From an uncultured Candidatus Rokubacteria bacterium (lineage in GTDB: Bacteria > Methylomirabilota > Methylomirabilia > Rokubacteriales > CSP1-6), in the NCBI GenBank assembly GCA_963771355.1, contig CAVYTA010000002.1:66481-130480 (forward strand): DNA of 64,000 nt, in the 5' to 3' direction. Positions 30,244-39,976 of this stretch are shown in pieces. The notes beneath the pieces are model-generated. The model was not told the DNA's origin. It saw nothing but the letters and a program-made list of their open reading frames with translations, and did no database searches. How positions within the stretch are numbered: the stretch's first letter is position 1; each line of letters starts with the position of its first letter. The translations under genes and the position numbers were made by a program.

Positions 30244-31055
30244 CGCGCGCCCTGACCATCGCCGGCCTGGTGCTCTTCCTGCTCGTGATCCTGGTGCCTT
30301 TCTGGTGGATCGCCAGCATGTCGTTCAAGACCTACGAGCAGATCCAGTTTGCCAGCAGCATCTACGTGCCCAAGCCCTTCACGTGGGAGAACTATACCGG
30401 CCTCTGGTCGGAGACGCGCTTCCCGCTCTGGCTCCGCAACAGCGTCGTCACCGCCCTGGTGGTGACGCTGATCTCGACGGTGGTGGCGGCCCTGGCCGGC
30501 TACGCGGTGGCCCGCATCCGCTTCCCCGGGCGCGAGGCGGTGGCCAGCATCATCCTCATCGTCTATCTCATCCCGCCCGCGCTGCTCTTCATCCCGCTCT
30601 ATCGCGTGCTGGCCGAGCTGGGCGCCACCAACAGCCTGTTCGCGCTGTTTCTCTCCTACCCGACCTTCACGGTGCCGTTCTGCACCTGGCTTCTCATCGG
30701 CTTCTTCAAGGCGCTGCCCGACGAGCTGGAGGAGGCGGCGCTGATCGACGGCGCCGGACGCATCACCGCCTTCGTGCGCGTGCTGCTGCCGCTGGCCGCG
30801 CCGGGGCTGGTGGCCTCGGCCATCTTCGCCTTCACGCTGTCGTGGAACGAGTTCCTCTACGCGCTGGTCTTCATCCAGGACGAGAAGGCCCTCACGGTGC
30901 CGGTGGGGCTCAACCTCCTCATCTACGGGGACGTGTTCCACTGGGGCCAGCTCATGGCGGCCTCGGTGATCACCACCATCCCGGTGGTGGCGCTCTACAT
31001 GTTCATCCACCGCTGGATGGCGGAAGGCCTGGTGGCGGGCGGCGTGAAGGGCTGA
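30240..31055 (+). CDS. Carbohydrate ABC transporter permease
   Basis: LEEAALIDGA, SWNEF, WGQLMA. Confidence 0.92.
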   Translation: MTRALTIAGLVLFLLVILVPFWWIASMSFKTYEQIQFASSIYVPKPFTWENYTGLWSETRFPLWLRNSVVTALVVTLISTVVAALAGYAVARIRFPGREAVASIILIVYLIPPALLFIPLYRVLAELGATNSLFALFLSYPTFTVPFCTWLLIGFFKALPDELEEAALIDGAGRITAFVRVLLPLAAPGLVASAIFAFTLSWNEFLYALVFIQDEKALTVPVGLNLLIYGDVFHWGQLMAASVITTIPVVALYMFIHRWMAEGLVAGGVKG

Positions 31056-31061
31056 GCGCGT

Positions 31062-31289
31062 CTAGCGCTCGAGCCGGCGCAGCGCCTGCGTGACCGCGAC
31101 ATACTCCTGATCGAGGCGCTCCAGACGCCGATATACCTCATCGAAGTGGCCGAGCGCTTCACGGTGGTTCCCGTCGAGCTGCCCCTGCATCGCGTCGAAG
31201 CGCCGATCGACCCCGTCGAACCGGGCGGCGATGGCCTCGAAGCGCTGTCCGAGGAACTCGATGAGGTCCTGAAACTCCGTGGGCGACAT
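31062..31289 (-). CDS. Small coiled-coil hypothetical protein
   Basis: Heptad repeats RFEAIAA/RFDGVDR/RFDAMQG. Confidence 0.6.
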   Translation of the reverse strand: MSPTEFQDLIEFLGQRFEAIAARFDGVDRRFDAMQGQLDGNHREALGHFDEVYRRLERLDQEYVAVTQALRRLER

Positions 31290-31382
31290 GGCCCCATGTC
31301 TACTCCAGCGTGAGGGCGGCTTCAAGTGTCTCCCCGCGGAGACACGGATGGCGTATCATCCCCTGTGCCAAGGAGAGGCTCG

Positions 31383-31664
31383 ATGACCCCCCGCACGCTC
31401 GTCCGTCTTGTCGCCGTCGTCCTGCTCCTCGTGCTGGCTGGCTGCGGCCCGCCGACCAAGGAGGATCTGCTGAGCAAGGCCCGCGACGTCAAGACGCGCG
31501 CCGAGCTGGAAAAAGCCCTCGGCAAGCCCACGGACCTCTCCAAGATCGGCCCCCTGGAGACCTGGACCTACAAGGCCTCCAACGGCTCCGTGGTCTTCGT
31601 GGTGGTGGGCGATACGGTCACGCTCCAGGCCACCGGCGCCGCGCCGCCCAAGGAGACGAAGTAG
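31383..31664 (+). CDS. Small lipoprotein (SmpA/BamE-like fold possible)
   Basis: Lipobox LAGC, TRAELEKALGKP, ETWTY; GGAGAGG RBS. Confidence 0.75.
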   Translation: MTPRTLVRLVAVVLLLVLAGCGPPTKEDLLSKARDVKTRAELEKALGKPTDLSKIGPLETWTYKASNGSVVFVVVGDTVTLQATGAAPPKETK

Positions 31665-31674
31665 GCACGCCGCC

Positions 31675-32559
31675 ATGCCCACACACCACTACGCGGACGT
31701 CAACGGCGTGCGGCTGCACTATGCGGCGGAAGGCCAGGGGCCGCTCCTGATGTTCGTCCACGGCTTCCCCGAATTCTGGTACGCGTGGCAGGGCCAGCTG
31801 GCCGAGTTCGGCCGCGACCACTTCGCGGTGGCGCCCGACATGCGCGGCTACAATCTCTCGTCCAAGCCCGCGGAGCTCGACTCCTACGCCGTTCCCCTCC
31901 TCGTCGAGGACCTCGTCGCCCTCGCCGACCACCTCGGCCACCGCCGCTTCACCCTGGTGGCGCATGACTGGGGCGGGGCCATCGCCTGGGCGGTGGCGCT
32001 CCTGCATCCCGACCGGCTGGAGCGCCTGGTGATCGTGAACGCGCCGCATCCGGCCATCTTCCAGCGCCTCCTCGCCGAGCACCCGGGCCAGCAGAAGGCC
32101 AGCCAGTACATGCTCTTCTTCCGCGGCGCGGAGGCAGAGGCCACCCTCGCCGCGGATAACTTCGCCCTGCTCCGGCAGATGGTGCTGGGCGAGGGCCAGC
32201 CCTGGGGCTGGGCCACCGAGGCGGACCGGATCGCCTATCTGGAGGCGTGGGCCCAGCCGGGCGCGCTCACCGGCGGCCTCAACTTCTACCGCGCTGCGCG
32301 CGTCGGCCCGCCCGCGCCGGGGGAGACGCCGCGGAATCTCGCGGGGGACCTCTCGGGGTGGGTGGTGAAGGTGCCGACACTCGTGATCTGGGGCGAGAAA
32401 GATACCGCGCTGCTGCCCGAGAACCTCGACGGGCTCGACCGCGTCGTGAGCGATCTCACCATCCGCCGCGTCGCCAACGGCACCCACTGGGTCGCGCACG
32501 AGCAGCCGGCGCTGGTCAACCGTCACATCCGCGAGTTCCTGGCCGCGCGGCCGTCATGA
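31675..32559 (+). CDS. Epoxide hydrolase-like alpha/beta hydrolase
   Basis: HGFPE, HDWGG, WGEKD, HWV. Confidence 0.92.
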   Translation: MPTHHYADVNGVRLHYAAEGQGPLLMFVHGFPEFWYAWQGQLAEFGRDHFAVAPDMRGYNLSSKPAELDSYAVPLLVEDLVALADHLGHRRFTLVAHDWGGAIAWAVALLHPDRLERLVIVNAPHPAIFQRLLAEHPGQQKASQYMLFFRGAEAEATLAADNFALLRQMVLGEGQPWGWATEADRIAYLEAWAQPGALTGGLNFYRAARVGPPAPGETPRNLAGDLSGWVVKVPTLVIWGEKDTALLPENLDGLDRVVSDLTIRRVANGTHWVAHEQPALVNRHIREFLAARPS

Positions 32560-33441
32560 GCGACGCGATCTCCGCAACCGATCCGCACCCGCGCCGGCGC
32601 GCCCGCGTCCTCGACACCGAGATGGCCTACGTGGACGTGGGGTCGGGCCGGCCGGTGGTCTTCCTCCACGGCAATCCGACTTCCTCGTATCTCTGGCGGA
32701 ACATCATCCCCCACGTGGCGTCCACGCATCGCTGTCTGGCTCCTGATCTGGTGGGCATGGGCGACTCCGGGAAGGCGCCGGCGGGGTCCTACCGCTTCGT
32801 CGATCACGCCCGCTACCTGGACGGCTGGCTCGACGGCATGGGGCTCGCGCGGGACGTCACCTTCGTCGTGCACGACTGGGGCTCGGCGCTGGGCTTCCAC
32901 TGGGCGCGGCGGCATCCCGAGCGGGTGCGCGCCCTCGTCTACATGGAAGCGCTGGTGCAGCCGGTGACCTGGGCGGACTGGCCGGAGGCAGCGCGGAAGA
33001 TCTTCCAGGCCATGCGCTCGCCCGCCGGCGAGGAGCTGGTACTGAGCAAGAACGTCTTCGTCGAGCGCATCCTGCCCGCGAGCGTGCTGCGCGGGCTGAC
33101 CGAGGCGGAGATGGCGGTGTACCGCAAGCCCTATCTCGAGGGGGGCGAGTCACGCCGTCCCACGCTGACCTGGCCGCGCGCAGATTCCCATCGAGGGCGA
33201 GCCCGCCGACGTGGTCGACGCCGTCACTCGGTACGGGCGCTTCCTCTCGCAGAGTCCCCTGCCCAAGCTCTTCATCAACGCGGAGCCGGGCTCCATCCTC
33301 ACCGGCGCCCAGCGCGAGTTCTGCCGAGCCTGGCCGAGCCAGGAGGAGATCACCGTCAAGGGGAGCCACTTCATCCAGGAGGACTCCCCGCACGAGATCG
33401 GCGGCGCCATCGCGGCCTTCCTCGCCCGCCTCGCCCCGTGA
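32556..33441 (+). CDS. Haloalkane dehalogenase (DhaA/LinB-type), +1 frameshift near 33180
   Basis: [36 protein letters not shown]. Confidence 0.88.
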
Positions 33442-35912
33442 CCGCCGTCGGCGGCGCGCTGGCGCCGTATCGGGTCCTCGATCTCACCGGCGCGCTCGGC
33501 CCGCTCGCCGGCAAGATGCTCGCCGACCTCGGCGCCGACGTGGTCCGCGTGGAGCCCCCGGAGGGCAGCGCGCTGCGCCGGCGGCCGCCGTTCGCCGACG
33601 GCGTGGCCGATCCGGAGCGGGGCCTCGCCTGGTGGACCTACGCCGCGGGCACGCGCAGCGTCGCGCTCGACCTCGCCGCTCCGGCGGGACGCGCCGACTT
33701 CCTCGCCCTCGCGCGCGCGGCGGACTTCGTGCTCGAGTCGCTGCCGCCGGGCACGCTCGAGGGGCTGGGCCTCGGCTGGCCCGTGCTCGCGCGCGAGAAC
33801 CCGCGCCTGATCCTCACCTCGGTGAGCCCCTTCGGCCAGGCGGGGCCGCACGCGGGATGGCGCGCGCCGGAGCTGGTGCTCCAGGCCATGGGCGGCATGC
33901 TGCATCCGGTGGGCGATCCGGACCGGGCGCCGGTGCGCGTCGGCGGCGCGCAGGCCTCCTGCCAGGCCGCGGGCCAGGCGCTGCTCGGCACCCTCGTCGC
34001 CCACTTCGAGCGTCAGCGAACGGGCCGCGGCCGCTGGGTGGACACGGCCGCCCAGCACGCGCTCACCTCCTGTCTGCTGAGCGAGACGGCCCTGCCGGTG
34101 CTCCACGGCTTCACGCCGACGCGCGAGGGCTCGGCGGTGCGCACGTCGGGGTTTCGCCGGCGTATCCTCTTCCGCTGCCGGGACGGCTTCGTGGCGCTCA
34201 CCGTGGGCGGCGGCGCACTCGCCGGCGCCATGATGACGGCGCTGGTCGCGTGGATGGCCGCCGAGGGCCAGGCGCCGCCGTTCATGCGCGAGCGCGACTG
34301 GCACCAGTGGGACAACGCCTACCTGATCGCGGCGGGCGCGCGCGGGCAGGAGGACATCGACCGGGTCGGGGAGGCAATCGCGGCCTTCACCGTTACCCGC
34401 ACCAAGGCCGAGCTGTACGAGGCGGCGCTGACGCGGGGGCTCCTCATCGCGCCGGTGGCCGACATGGCCGACCTCGCCGCGGACCGCCAGCTCACCGCGC
34501 GCGGCTTCTTCGTGCCGGTGGCGGAGCCGCGCGTCGGTCGACCGGTGCGCTTCCCCGGCGCCTGGGCGAAGCTCTCCGCGACGCCGCTGCGGCCCCCCCG
34601 CCCGTCGCCGCGGCTGGGCGAGCACACGGCGGAGGTGCGGGCGGAGTGGCGGCCGCGCGCTCCGGCCCGGCCGGAGTCGCCCGCCGCCGCGCCGCCTCCG
34701 AGCCTCCCCTTCGAGGGCATTCGCGTGGTGGACTTCGCCTGGGTGGCCACCGGCCCCCTCACCGGGCGACTCCTCGCCGAGTTCGGGGCCGACGTGATCC
34801 GCCTCGAATCGGCCCGGCGTCTCGATCCCGGGCGCACGCTCACCCCGTGGGCCGACCAGAAGGCCGGTCCCAACCGGAGCCAGGGCTTCGCGAACTACAA
34901 CGCGGCCAAGCGGTCGGTGGCGCTGGACCTGGCCAGACCGGAAGCGCGCGAGATCGCGCGACGGCTCATCGCCACCGCCGACGTCGTCGTCGAGTCCTTC
35001 AGCGCGGGCACCACCGCGCGCTGGGGGCTCGACTGGGCCACGCTCTCGAAGGACCGGCCCGACCTCATCTACCTCTCCTCCTGCCAGCAGGGACAGACAG
35101 GGCCCCACGCCCACTATCGCGGGTATGGCTCGCTCGCCGCCGCGCTGGCGGGCTTCTACACGCTCACCGGCTGGCCCGACCGCGAGCCGGCCATGATCTA
35201 CGGCGCCTACACGGACTTCGTGGCCCACTACTTCGCCTCGGCCGCGGTGCTGGCGGCGCTGGATCACAAGCGGCGGACGGGGCAAGGCCAGCACGTGGAT
35301 CTCTCCCAGCTCGAGTCGAGCCTGCACTTCCTCGCGCCCGAGATCCTCGACTACACCGTGAACGGGCGCGTGCCCGGCTCGCACGGCAATGCCGACGCCG
35401 TCGTCGCCCCGCATGGCGTGTATCCGTGCGCGCCCGCGGGCGGCGAGCGCTGGTGCGCCATCGTCTGCGAGACCGACGCGGAGTGGCGCGCGCTGGTGGC
35501 GTATCTTGGCGCCCCCGACTGGGCGCGCGATCCCGCGCTGGCGGAGGCGGCGGGACGCAAGGCGCGCGAGGCCGAGCTCGACGCGCGGCTGGCGGCCTTC
35601 ACCGCGACCCAGGAGGCGAGCGCGCTGGCCGCCCGGCTCCAGGCGGTGGGGGTGCCGGCCGGCGTGGTGCAGTCCTGCGCCGATCTCCACGCGGACCCGC
35701 AGCTGGCCAGCCGCGTCGCCTTCCCGCTGGTGGACCATCCCGAGATGGGGCGCACGCCCTACGAGACCTGGGCCTTCCGCCTGGGCCCGGACCAGGCGCC
35801 GCCGCGCCGCGCGCCGCTGCTGGGCGAGCATACGGAGGAGGTGCTCCGGGGGATACTCGGCATGTCGCGCGAGGAGATCGCACGCCTCACCGCGGCGGGT
35901 ATTCTGTCCTGA
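33438..35912 (+). CDS. Family III CoA-transferase (tandem CaiB/BaiF domains)
   Basis: Two repeats of RV.D...GADV.R.E, each ending P.LGEHT. Confidence 0.9.
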   Translation: MTAVGGALAPYRVLDLTGALGPLAGKMLADLGADVVRVEPPEGSALRRRPPFADGVADPERGLAWWTYAAGTRSVALDLAAPAGRADFLALARAADFVLESLPPGTLEGLGLGWPVLARENPRLILTSVSPFGQAGPHAGWRAPELVLQAMGGMLHPVGDPDRAPVRVGGAQASCQAAGQALLGTLVAHFERQRTGRGRWVDTAAQHALTSCLLSETALPVLHGFTPTREGSAVRTSGFRRRILFRCRDGFVALTVGGGALAGAMMTALVAWMAAEGQAPPFMRERDWHQWDNAYLIAAGARGQEDIDRVGEAIAAFTVTRTKAELYEAALTRGLLIAPVADMADLAADRQLTARGFFVPVAEPRVGRPVRFPGAWAKLSATPLRPPRPSPRLGEHTAEVRAEWRPRAPARPESPAAAPPPSLPFEGIRVVDFAWVATGPLTGRLLAEFGADVIRLESARRLDPGRTLTPWADQKAGPNRSQGFANYNAAKRSVALDLARPEAREIARRLIATADVVVESFSAGTTARWGLDWATLSKDRPDLIYLSSCQQGQTGPHAHYRGYGSLAAALAGFYTLTGWPDREPAMIYGAYTDFVAHYFASAAVLAALDHKRRTGQGQHVDLSQLESSLHFLAPEILDYTVNGRVPGSHGNADAVVAPHGVYPCAPAGGERWCAIVCETDAEWRALVAYLGAPDWARDPALAEAAGRKAREAELDARLAAFTATQEASALAARLQAVGVPAGVVQSCADLHADPQLASRVAFPLVDHPEMGRTPYETWAFRLGPDQAPPRRAPLLGEHTEEVLRGILGMSREEIARLTAAGILS

Positions 35913-35946
35913 GGCCGGCATGACACCACCGCGGAATCCGCATCCC

Positions 35947-35971
35947 GCTGTTCGGCTAAGCTGTTCGGCTA
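35947..35971 (+). promoter_or_regulatory. 12-bp direct repeat upstream of the yjbQ RBS
   Basis: gctgttcggcta at 35947-35958 and 35960-35971. Confidence 0.4.
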
Positions 35972-35987
35972 GAGGAGGAAGCGAGCC

Positions 35988-36428
35988 ATGAACGCCATCA
36001 CCGTCAAGAGTCTGGCGCACGAAGAGGTGATCGACATCACCCAGGAGGTGGCGGCGCTGGCGGCCGGGCGGGGCGACGGGGTCTGCAGCCTCTTCACCCA
36101 GCACACGACCTGTGCCCTCACCGTCCTCACCAACGAGGAAGGCATCGCCGAGGACTTGCTCAACGTGCTCCATGGCCTGGTGCCCCAGACAACGGCCTAC
36201 GTCCATGATTCGGCCGACCACGTTCGCGCGCATGTGCTCAGCGCGCTCGTCGGGCCCTCGGTGTCGGTGCCAGTGCGCGAGGGCCGGCTCGGATTGGGAG
36301 CGTATCAACGCATAGTCCTGGTGGAGTTCGAGGGCCCGCGGCAGCGCACCATCGAGGTCGACTTCGCGCCTGGGGCGGCCGATTTGACCGGGAGAACGTC
36401 CCTTGATAGGGTGAGGCTCACGCCATGA
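35988..36428 (+). CDS. yjbQ: YjbQ family protein (secondary thiamine-phosphate synthase-like)
   Basis: HTTCAL..NE, H..AHV, LG.YQ.I..VEFEGPR. Confidence 0.88.
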   Translation: MNAITVKSLAHEEVIDITQEVAALAAGRGDGVCSLFTQHTTCALTVLTNEEGIAEDLLNVLHGLVPQTTAYVHDSADHVRAHVLSALVGPSVSVPVREGRLGLGAYQRIVLVEFEGPRQRTIEVDFAPGAADLTGRTSLDRVRLTP

Positions 36429-37834
36429 ACGGAATCGTCAGCTACGGCAGCTATATTCCCTACTTCCGGCTGGACCGCAAAACCATCGGCGAGTCCCTCG
36501 GATCCTCCGCCGGCAAGGGCACGCGCGCCGTCGCCTCCTACGACGAGGACACCACGTCCATGGGCGTGGAGGCCGCGCGCGCCGCGCTGCGCGGCGCCCC
36601 GCGCCTGGCCCCGGCGGCGCTGTACTTCGCGACCGCCGACCCCGCTTATCTCGACAAGACCAACGCCACCGCCATCCACGCGGCGCTCGACCTCGACACC
36701 TCCGCGATGGCCTACGACATGCTCGGGGCCATCCGATCTGGGTCGGCGGTGATTCGGGCGGCGGCGGACGCGAGCCGGCCCACGCTGGCCGTGATCTCCG
36801 ACATCCGCACGGGGCTGCCCGGCGGCGCGGACGAGCGCGACGGGGGCGATGCGGCGGTGGCCTTTCTCTTCGCGGGCGGCGACGCGGACCATCCCGTGCT
36901 GGCGGAGCCGATCGGCGCCGGAGCGGCGACGGCCGAGTTCCTCGAGCGCTGGCGCGTGCCGGGCGATCCCGCCTCGCGGCAGTGGGAGGAGCGCTTCGGC
37001 GAGCACGTCTACGTGCCGCTCGCGGAGGCCGCCATCACCGAGGCGCTGAAGCAGGCCGGCATCACCGCGCCGGCGCTCGCGCACGTGGTGGTGGCGGGCT
37101 CGCATGGCCGCGCCAACAAGCGCGCGGCGGCCGGGATGGGCGCGAAGACGGGCGCCTTCGCCGACGATCTCACCGGCACGGTGGGAAACGCCGGCACCGC
37201 GCACGCCGCGCTCCTCTTCGCAGATGCCCTCGACCGCGCCCAGGCCGATGACCTCATCGCCGTGGTCACGCTGGCCGACGGCTGCGACGTGACGCTGTGG
37301 CGGGCGACGGCGGCGCTCGCGAGCCGGCGCCAGCGCACGCCGGTGGCCGCGCAGGCCGCGGGCGGCGCGCGCGTCGCCTACCCGACCTTCCTCACCTGGC
37401 GCGGCTTCCTCAAGCGCGAGCCGCCGCGCCGGCCCGATCCGGTGCCGCCGGCCGCCCCGCCCTCGCGCCGGTCCGAGGCGTGGAAGTTCGGCTTCACCGG
37501 CAGCCGCTGCCAGGCCTGCGGCTCGCGGCATCTGCCGCCCGCGCGCGTCTGCCTCAAGTGCCATGCGGTGGACAAGATGGCACCCGAGCGCATGGCCGAC
37601 GTGCCCGCGACCATCGCGACCTATACCGTGGACCGGCTCGCCTACTCGCTCTCGCCGCCGGTGGTGGTGGGCGTGCTGGACTTCGAGGGCGGCGGCCGCT
37701 TCACCTGCGAGCTCACCGACGTGGATCCGGCGTCGGTCAAGATCGGCGATCGCGTGGAGATGACCTTCCGCCGCCCGATGACCGCCGCCGGCGTCCACAA
37801 CTACTTCTGGAAAGCCCGTCCTCTCCACACCTAG
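36425..37834 (+). CDS. HMG-CoA synthase-like domain fused to DUF35 Zn-ribbon/OB-fold
   Basis: YGSYIP, DEDTTSMGVEA, GGDAAVA, VGNAG; C-terminal CxxC..P.R.CxxC and Y.WKARP. Confidence 0.88.
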   Translation: MNGIVSYGSYIPYFRLDRKTIGESLGSSAGKGTRAVASYDEDTTSMGVEAARAALRGAPRLAPAALYFATADPAYLDKTNATAIHAALDLDTSAMAYDMLGAIRSGSAVIRAAADASRPTLAVISDIRTGLPGGADERDGGDAAVAFLFAGGDADHPVLAEPIGAGAATAEFLERWRVPGDPASRQWEERFGEHVYVPLAEAAITEALKQAGITAPALAHVVVAGSHGRANKRAAAGMGAKTGAFADDLTGTVGNAGTAHAALLFADALDRAQADDLIAVVTLADGCDVTLWRATAALASRRQRTPVAAQAAGGARVAYPTFLTWRGFLKREPPRRPDPVPPAAPPSRRSEAWKFGFTGSRCQACGSRHLPPARVCLKCHAVDKMAPERMADVPATIATYTVDRLAYSLSPPVVVGVLDFEGGGRFTCELTDVDPASVKIGDRVEMTFRRPMTAAGVHNYFWKARPLHT

Positions 37835-37849
37835 AAGGGGAGATCACAT

Positions 37850-39046
37850 ATGGCCAGCAACGGCATCCGGGACCGCGTGGCGATCGTCGGCATGGGCTGC
37901 ACCACCTTCGGCGAGCACTGGGACAAGAGCGTGAGCGATCTCCTGGTGGACTCGTCCCAGGAGGCCCTCAACTCCGCCAACGTGCCGATCGACATGGTGG
38001 ACGCCTTCTGGCTCGGCACGCTCTTCTCCGGGCAGAGCGGCCTCACGCTCTCGCGCCCGCTCAAGCTCAACTACAAGCCGGTGAGCCGGCTCGAGAACTA
38101 CTGCGCCACCGGCTCCGAGGCCTTCCGCAACGCCTGCTACGCGGTGGCCTGCGGCGCCTACGACATGGCCATGGCCATCGGCGTGGAGAAGCTGAAGGAC
38201 TCCGGCATCTCCGGCCTGCCCAGCATCGGCGCGCCGGAGGACGGGACCCGCGCGGGGCTCACCGCCCCCGCCACCTTCAGTCTCTTGGCGCCGGCCTACG
38301 CCAAGAAGTTCGGCGTGGACCCGGCCACCTTCAAGGAGGCGATGACCCGCATCGCCTGGAAGAACCACAAGAACGGGGCGCTGAACCCGCGCGCCCAGTT
38401 CCGGAAGGAAGTGGCCAAGGACGTCATCGCGTGCTCACCCCAGGTGGCGGGCGCGCTCGGCATCTTCGACTGCTCGGGCGTCTCCGACGGCTCCGCGGCG
38501 GCGGTGATCGTGCGCGCCGAGGACGCCTACAAGTACACGGACAAGCCGCTCTTCGTGAAGGCCTTGTCCTTCATCGCCGGCCCCGCCACCGGCCCCATCG
38601 ACCCCGACTACGACTACACCACCTTCCCCGAGGTGGTGGCCTCGGCCGCCGACGCGTACGCCCAGGCCGGCATCAAGGACCCGCGCGCGGAGCTGGCCAT
38701 GGCCGAGGTCCACGACTGCTTCACGCCCACCGAGCTGGTGCTGATGGAGGATCTCGGGTTCTGCCAGCGCGGATCGGGGGTCAAGGAGGTTCTCGCGGGG
38801 ACCTTCGACCTCGAGGGCGAGCTGGCAGTGAACCCGGACGGCGGGCTCAAGTCCTTCGGGCATCCGATCGGGGCCTCGGGCCTGCGCATGCTCTTCGAGG
38901 CGTGGCTCCAGCTCCGCGGCGAGGCGGGCAAGCGCCAGATCGCCAGCGTGGCCCGCGGCCGCAAGCTCGCGCTCACGCACAATCTGGGCGGCGCGCCGGG
39001 CGAGTGCGTGTCGTTCGTCTCCGTGGTCGGCTCCGAGAAGAGCTAG
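37850..39046 (+). CDS. SCP2-type thiolase / acetyl-CoA acetyltransferase
   Basis: ENYCATG, EVHDCF, NPDGGLKSFGHPIGASG, HNLGG. Confidence 0.92.
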   Translation: MASNGIRDRVAIVGMGCTTFGEHWDKSVSDLLVDSSQEALNSANVPIDMVDAFWLGTLFSGQSGLTLSRPLKLNYKPVSRLENYCATGSEAFRNACYAVACGAYDMAMAIGVEKLKDSGISGLPSIGAPEDGTRAGLTAPATFSLLAPAYAKKFGVDPATFKEAMTRIAWKNHKNGALNPRAQFRKEVAKDVIACSPQVAGALGIFDCSGVSDGSAAAVIVRAEDAYKYTDKPLFVKALSFIAGPATGPIDPDYDYTTFPEVVASAADAYAQAGIKDPRAELAMAEVHDCFTPTELVLMEDLGFCQRGSGVKEVLAGTFDLEGELAVNPDGGLKSFGHPIGASGLRMLFEAWLQLRGEAGKRQIASVARGRKLALTHNLGGAPGECVSFVSVVGSEKS

Positions 39047-39054
39047 GCGCGGCG

Positions 39055-39966
39055 ATGGCGGCGGCGGGCGGAGCCTTCGCGCACCCGGAGTATCTCGTCG
39101 ACACGGAGTGGCTCGCCAAGCATCTGGACGACGCGGACCTCCGCGTCTTCGACTGCACGACCGTTCTGGTGCCCGATCCGGTCACGACGTTCCGGGCCGA
39201 GAGCGGGCGGCCGAAGTGGGCCGAGGGCCATGTCCCCGGCGCGGGCCATCTCGACCTGCAGGGTGAGCTCTCCGACACCACCAGCGGGCTGCGCTTCACC
39301 ATGCCCTCGGCGGCGCAGTTCTCCGCCGCGATGTCCCGGCACGGCGTGGGCGACGGCACGCGGGCGGTCCTCTACAGCATCGGAAGCCAGATGTGGGCCA
39401 CGCGCATCTGGTGGATGCTCCGCGCCTTCGGCTTCGACGCCGCCGCGGTGCTCGACGGCGGCTGGGAGAAGTGGGTGGCCGAAGGCCGCCCCGTCTCGAC
39501 CGCGCCGCCCAACCATCCGCCCGCGCGCTTCGTGGCCCGCCCCCGCCCCGAGCTGATCGCCACCAAGGCAGAAGTGCAGGCCAAGATCGCGGACCAGGGC
39601 GCGTGCACCATCAATGCGCTGTCGACGGTGCAGCATACCGGCGAGGGCGGCACCAGCTATGGCCGGCCGGGCCGGATCGCGGGCAGCGTCAATGTCGTGT
39701 CGAGCCGGCTCCACGAGCCGAAGTCCAGCGTCTACCGCTCGCCGGAGGCGCTGCGCGCCCTCTTCGCCGAGGTGGGCGCCACGCCGGACAAGAAGATCAT
39801 CACCTACTGCGGCGGCGGCATCGCCGCCACTGACGACGCCTTCGTGCTCACGCTCCTCGGCTACCCGCAGGTGGCGGTCTACGACGGCTCGCTGGGCGAA
39901 TGGGCGGCCGACCCCGCGCTGCCGATGGAGACCGGGCGCGAGGGCACCCGCATCGCGGCAAGCTAG
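39055..39966 (+). CDS. Tandem-domain rhodanese / sulfurtransferase (SseA-like)
   Basis: GHVPGA, VLDGG, YCGGGIAA, YDGSLGEW. Confidence 0.92.
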   Translation: MAAAGGAFAHPEYLVDTEWLAKHLDDADLRVFDCTTVLVPDPVTTFRAESGRPKWAEGHVPGAGHLDLQGELSDTTSGLRFTMPSAAQFSAAMSRHGVGDGTRAVLYSIGSQMWATRIWWMLRAFGFDAAAVLDGGWEKWVAEGRPVSTAPPNHPPARFVARPRPELIATKAEVQAKIADQGACTINALSTVQHTGEGGTSYGRPGRIAGSVNVVSSRLHEPKSSVYRSPEALRALFAEVGATPDKKIITYCGGGIAATDDAFVLTLLGYPQVAVYDGSLGEWAADPALPMETGREGTRIAAS

Positions 39967-39976
39967 CGGGAGACGG

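Noticed and set aside
32247..35912. 1221-aa dehalogenase-CoA-transferase fusion ORF
   Set aside because: Created by the +1 frameshift at ~33180; the true dehalogenase C-terminus is in another frame and ends at 33441
33150..36308. Long antisense and off-frame ORFs (this 1052-aa ORF, also 4167..6011, 6427..8676, 21377..23650, 49523..51901, 60189..62102)
   Set aside because: Arg/Gly/Ala-rich shadows of recognisable genes, expected at high GC; no motifs
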